DNA of 53,878 nucleotides from Leptolyngbyaceae cyanobacterium (GTDB lineage: Bacteria > Cyanobacteriota > Cyanobacteriia > Phormidesmidales > Phormidesmidaceae): the NCBI GenBank assembly GCA_050331235.1, contig JBHJHA010000006.1, forward strand, positions 1 through 53,878, given 5' to 3'. Below the pieces are notes generated by a model. The model made no database searches and was not told the origin of the DNA. It saw only the letters and a program-made list of their open reading frames with translations. Each line of letters begins with the position of its first letter. The first letter of the stretch is position 1. The position numbers were made by a program, and so were the translations under genes. Shown here in pieces: positions 51,021-53,878 of the stretch.

Positions 51021-52280
51021 TTGAATTACCGTTATTCCGGAGCGGCGGCGATCGCCCTAGTGATCTCGGCGCTTAGTTTGACAATATGGCGAGGGACCGC
51101 CACGCCAGCATTGACCGATACGGCACTAGCGACAGAGCCCCCAACGACGGCATCCTCAGCGCTATCATCTACGGCTTTTTTGGTCGTCGCCGGGGGAGGT
51201 ACTCCTGCCTATAACGAGATTGCTCTGGAGAAAAACGTCCAATACTTTCAGCGGACTCTAGCGCATTTAGAGCGAGAACTGACAGCGGCAACGGTCTTTT
51301 TTGCGAATGGCAACACCGATGAAGCTACAGTTCGATATCTCGACTTGTTCGGTCGTGAGCGGTTCAAAGTTCCCGACATTCCTCACTTGGCTGGGGCCGC
51401 CAACGCGGAAAATGTGCGCACTTGGTTAACGGCTTATCCTCAAACTGAGCTAGGACGTGAGCATTGTCCGGCCTTTCTATATTTCACAGGACACGGCTGG
51501 CTGAATGAGGAAAACCCCAATGATAATGCCCTCATTCTCTGGGAGGAAGCACTGTTGTCGGTACAAACGCTCGCGCAAACCTTAGATCAATGGCCTGTAG
51601 AAACACCCTTCGTGACGATGATGGCCCAGTGCTATGCCGGAGCGTTAGCCAATCTCATTTACGAAGGTGGCGATCCGTCTCAGCCCGTGTCGGCCCAAAG
51701 CCGGTGTGGTTTCTTTGCCACAATCAAGACGCGGCCATCGGTGGGCTGTACCCCCCTAGTAAATGAAGCCGACTATCGTGACTATAGCTCTAGCTACTTT
51801 GCCGGGTTAAGCGGTCGCGATCGCGTCGGCAATCCCGTTGCCTCTACAGACTACAACCAAGATGGTGAGGTGTCCTTTGCTGAGGCCCATGCATTTGCCA
51901 AGATTGATGGTGAGACTTCCGATTGGCCGATTTCGACCTCCGAAGCGTGGTTACAGCGACAGGTATCCCCAGCAGAGCGAAACCGTGCTTTAGCACAATC
52001 AATTAAGGATTGGCTGGCTGTAGCCAGGCCCGAGCAGCAGGCTGTCATGGGGCAATTGGCAGAGAAACTAGGCTACGACTTAGAGGCTCCGTTTAATACA
52101 CTAGCGATACCGGAGTCTACTTTCCTGGGAACCTCACAGGAGGTTTTAGAGGCCTATCACATGCGGCTAAAGATGACCTTATTGGCGGTGGCGGCAGAGG
52201 GGATCATCCGCGATCGCAATGCCCCCGAGGAAGTGGCTATCCTCAACCAACTATTGACCTGCGAAGCCGGTACCTGGTGA
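51021..52280 (+). CDS. Exported caspase/hemoglobinase-fold (clan CD, C13/C14-like) cysteine peptidase
   Basis: Signal peptide; LYFTGHG and MMAQCYAG fit a His-Cys dyad. Confidence 0.7.
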   Translation: MNYRYSGAAAIALVISALSLTIWRGTATPALTDTALATEPPTTASSALSSTAFLVVAGGGTPAYNEIALEKNVQYFQRTLAHLERELTAATVFFANGNTDEATVRYLDLFGRERFKVPDIPHLAGAANAENVRTWLTAYPQTELGREHCPAFLYFTGHGWLNEENPNDNALILWEEALLSVQTLAQTLDQWPVETPFVTMMAQCYAGALANLIYEGGDPSQPVSAQSRCGFFATIKTRPSVGCTPLVNEADYRDYSSSYFAGLSGRDRVGNPVASTDYNQDGEVSFAEAHAFAKIDGETSDWPISTSEAWLQRQVSPAERNRALAQSIKDWLAVARPEQQAVMGQLAEKLGYDLEAPFNTLAIPESTFLGTSQEVLEAYHMRLKMTLLAVAAEGIIRDRNAPEEVAILNQLLTCEAGTW

Positions 52281-52285
52281 GCACT

Positions 52286-53059
52286 CTACATAAACGAAGA
52301 GAGCGATCGTCGCTGGCGCACATCAGAAGTGTTAACCAAGCTATCTTGGGGCCAGTCTAAGCGATGCTCCGTCTGTTCTGACACAATTGTCACCTCAGAG
52401 GTCTGAGCCGTGGGAGGCAAGGGCTGTTGAGGCATAGGCGCAGACTGGGCTCGTGAGTCGGCCTGTGGCTTAGACTCAGACTTAGCGACCAGTGGCTGCT
52501 GCGGATTATAGACATCGAGCTTACGCGGTGAAGCAGGGGCCTGGGTTTTAGAGATTACGGCACGGCGGGGCGCTAGCCGACGGTGGGATTTGGCGAAGCT
52601 TCGGCGCTGGGCGGAGCGACGGGGACGGCGGGGAGCCTTGAGAAAGAGCGAAAGGAGACAGCACCCACCCGCACAGCTGCTGACTAATACCAATAGCGTC
52701 CACCCGGAGACCTGAGGGGCTTCAGGAGCAGCTGGCGGCGGGGTCGCAGGATTGATCACCGCGGGAGGACTATCGGTCGCAGCAGCGTCCGTCGTGTCAG
52801 CCCCCGCCTGCAGTTCATGGGGATAAACCTCAGCCGCCGGCGTTGGGGCTGATGATGGACTGTCCAGCGGCGTCTGGAGAAGCTGACTGTAAGCCAGCAG
52901 GGCGATCGCCAATAAACCGATCCAAATACTCGCCAGCACAATCAACGGTCGATAAGTCACCAGCCGCCGCCACAATCGCCGCTGTCGAAACACTGCTGGC
53001 ATCCTTGCGGAAGGGGAACGATGGGGAGTGTAAGAACCGTTGGGAACGCGACCTGACAT
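52286..53059 (-). CDS. Hypothetical membrane protein
   Basis: Two TM segments with a Pro/Ala-rich linker and an Arg-rich region; start uncertain. Confidence 0.6.
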   Translation of the reverse strand: MSGRVPNGSYTPHRSPSARMPAVFRQRRLWRRLVTYRPLIVLASIWIGLLAIALLAYSQLLQTPLDSPSSAPTPAAEVYPHELQAGADTTDAAATDSPPAVINPATPPPAAPEAPQVSGWTLLVLVSSCAGGCCLLSLFLKAPRRPRRSAQRRSFAKSHRRLAPRRAVISKTQAPASPRKLDVYNPQQPLVAKSESKPQADSRAQSAPMPQQPLPPTAQTSEVTIVSEQTEHRLDWPQDSLVNTSDVRQRRSLSSFM

Positions 53060-53182
53060 ATCAAGTACCCCGCGAACAGACATTTGCCATTTTAAGCGCA
53101 GTGTTAGGGTTCGGCCAGCCTGCACACTATTCTCTACATCACTATCTGAGCCCACCGCAGCAGCGAGCTGAAGGGGTCCAAA

Positions 53183-53878
53183 TTAATAGCGAATGCGCGG
53201 ATCAATATACGCATTGAGAATGTCAATCAAAATGCTGACCAAAGCGACAATCATGGCAAAGAAAACCATCAACCCCTGCACAACAGGATAATCTCGCTGG
53301 GAAATTGCTTCGTACAGCCGATTGGCAAGTCCTGGCCAAGAAAAGGTCACCTCTGTCAGCACAGCCCCGCCGAGCAAAGACGCAAACGTTAACCCCAAAA
53401 CCGTCACAACCGGGATGAGAGCATTTTTCAGGGCATGGGAAACCACAATCCGATGCTCGGGAATGCCCCTAGCGCGAGCAGCTTCCACATAGTCGGCCCG
53501 AAGGGTTTGCTTGAGATTCACGCGCACAATCCGTTCAAACACACCACTGATGAGGATGCCTAAAGTCAAGCTCGGTAGCGCCAAATGGTGTAGCGCCGTT
53601 AGCAAGAGGTCGATCCGTCCTGTCAGCAAACTGTCAAGCAGGTATAAACCAGTCGCCCCCCCCGGCGGCGATGCTCCCAGCGGAAAGCGCGTGCCAATGG
53701 GAAACCAGCGCAACTGAACCGCAAAGAGTAGCTGGAGCAACATGCCAAACCAATACATCGGCACAGCATAGGTAATGATGCCAAACAGTCGCCCACCCCC
53801 AACCCAGGGTGAGATGGGGCGGGAGGCCGCGGACGCCCCCACAGTAAACCCACCACCTGCCACGCCTACCAATGCACA
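53183..53878 (-). CDS. Dipeptide/oligopeptide ABC transporter permease (DppB/OppB family), 5' end outside window
   Basis: HLALPSLTLG, EAA loop DYVEAARARG...HALKNA, EVTFSWPG, DYPVVQG, DPRIRY. Confidence 0.92.
   Translation of the reverse strand, partial: CALVGVAGGGFTVGASAASRPISPWVGGGRLFGIITYAVPMYWFGMLLQLLFAVQLRWFPIGTRFPLGASPPGGATGLYLLDSLLTGRIDLLLTALHHLALPSLTLGILISGVFERIVRVNLKQTLRADYVEAARARGIPEHRIVVSHALKNALIPVVTVLGLTFASLLGGAVLTEVTFSWPGLANRLYEAISQRDYPVVQGLMVFFAMIVALVSILIDILNAYIDPRIRY

Noticed and set aside
53820..53878. Odd N-terminal residues of the DppB ORF
   Set aside because: The gene is truncated by the window edge, so the listed start is artefactual and cannot be interpreted.

Overview
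A 53.9-kb chromosomal segment from a cyanobacterium, probably filamentous and Leptolyngbya/Nodosilinea/Halomicronema-like (inferred from the pervasive HIP1 octamer GCGATCGC, an rpaB-plsX-fabH block, a mlaE-DUF3119-DUF3086 block and a cyanobacteriochrome). No rRNA, tRNA, CRISPR array or mobile element was recognised. Main content: (i) a minus-strand cluster of an orphan ECF transporter (S component, fused tandem ATPase, T component) followed by a Ca2+/cation antiporter and an MscS channel; (ii) a cruE/cruH-like aromatic carotenoid (synechoxanthin) pair; (iii) treZ-treY-trehalase, gdhA-racemase, purM, cysC, acnA, intein-free dnaB, rlpA; (iv) a giant PAS/CBCR-GAF/GGDEF/EAL photoreceptor gene and an Sfp-type PPTase gene, each interrupted by one in-frame TAA; (v) a secreted acidic protein with six copies of GIISPDSQSPNNR. 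The strongest novelty candidates are the ECF-CaCA-MscS cluster, whose ATPase is strongly asymmetric and whose S component is acidic (a possible cation/Ca2+-related system), and the repeat protein. All calls rest on motif recognition by eye; no database searches were run.
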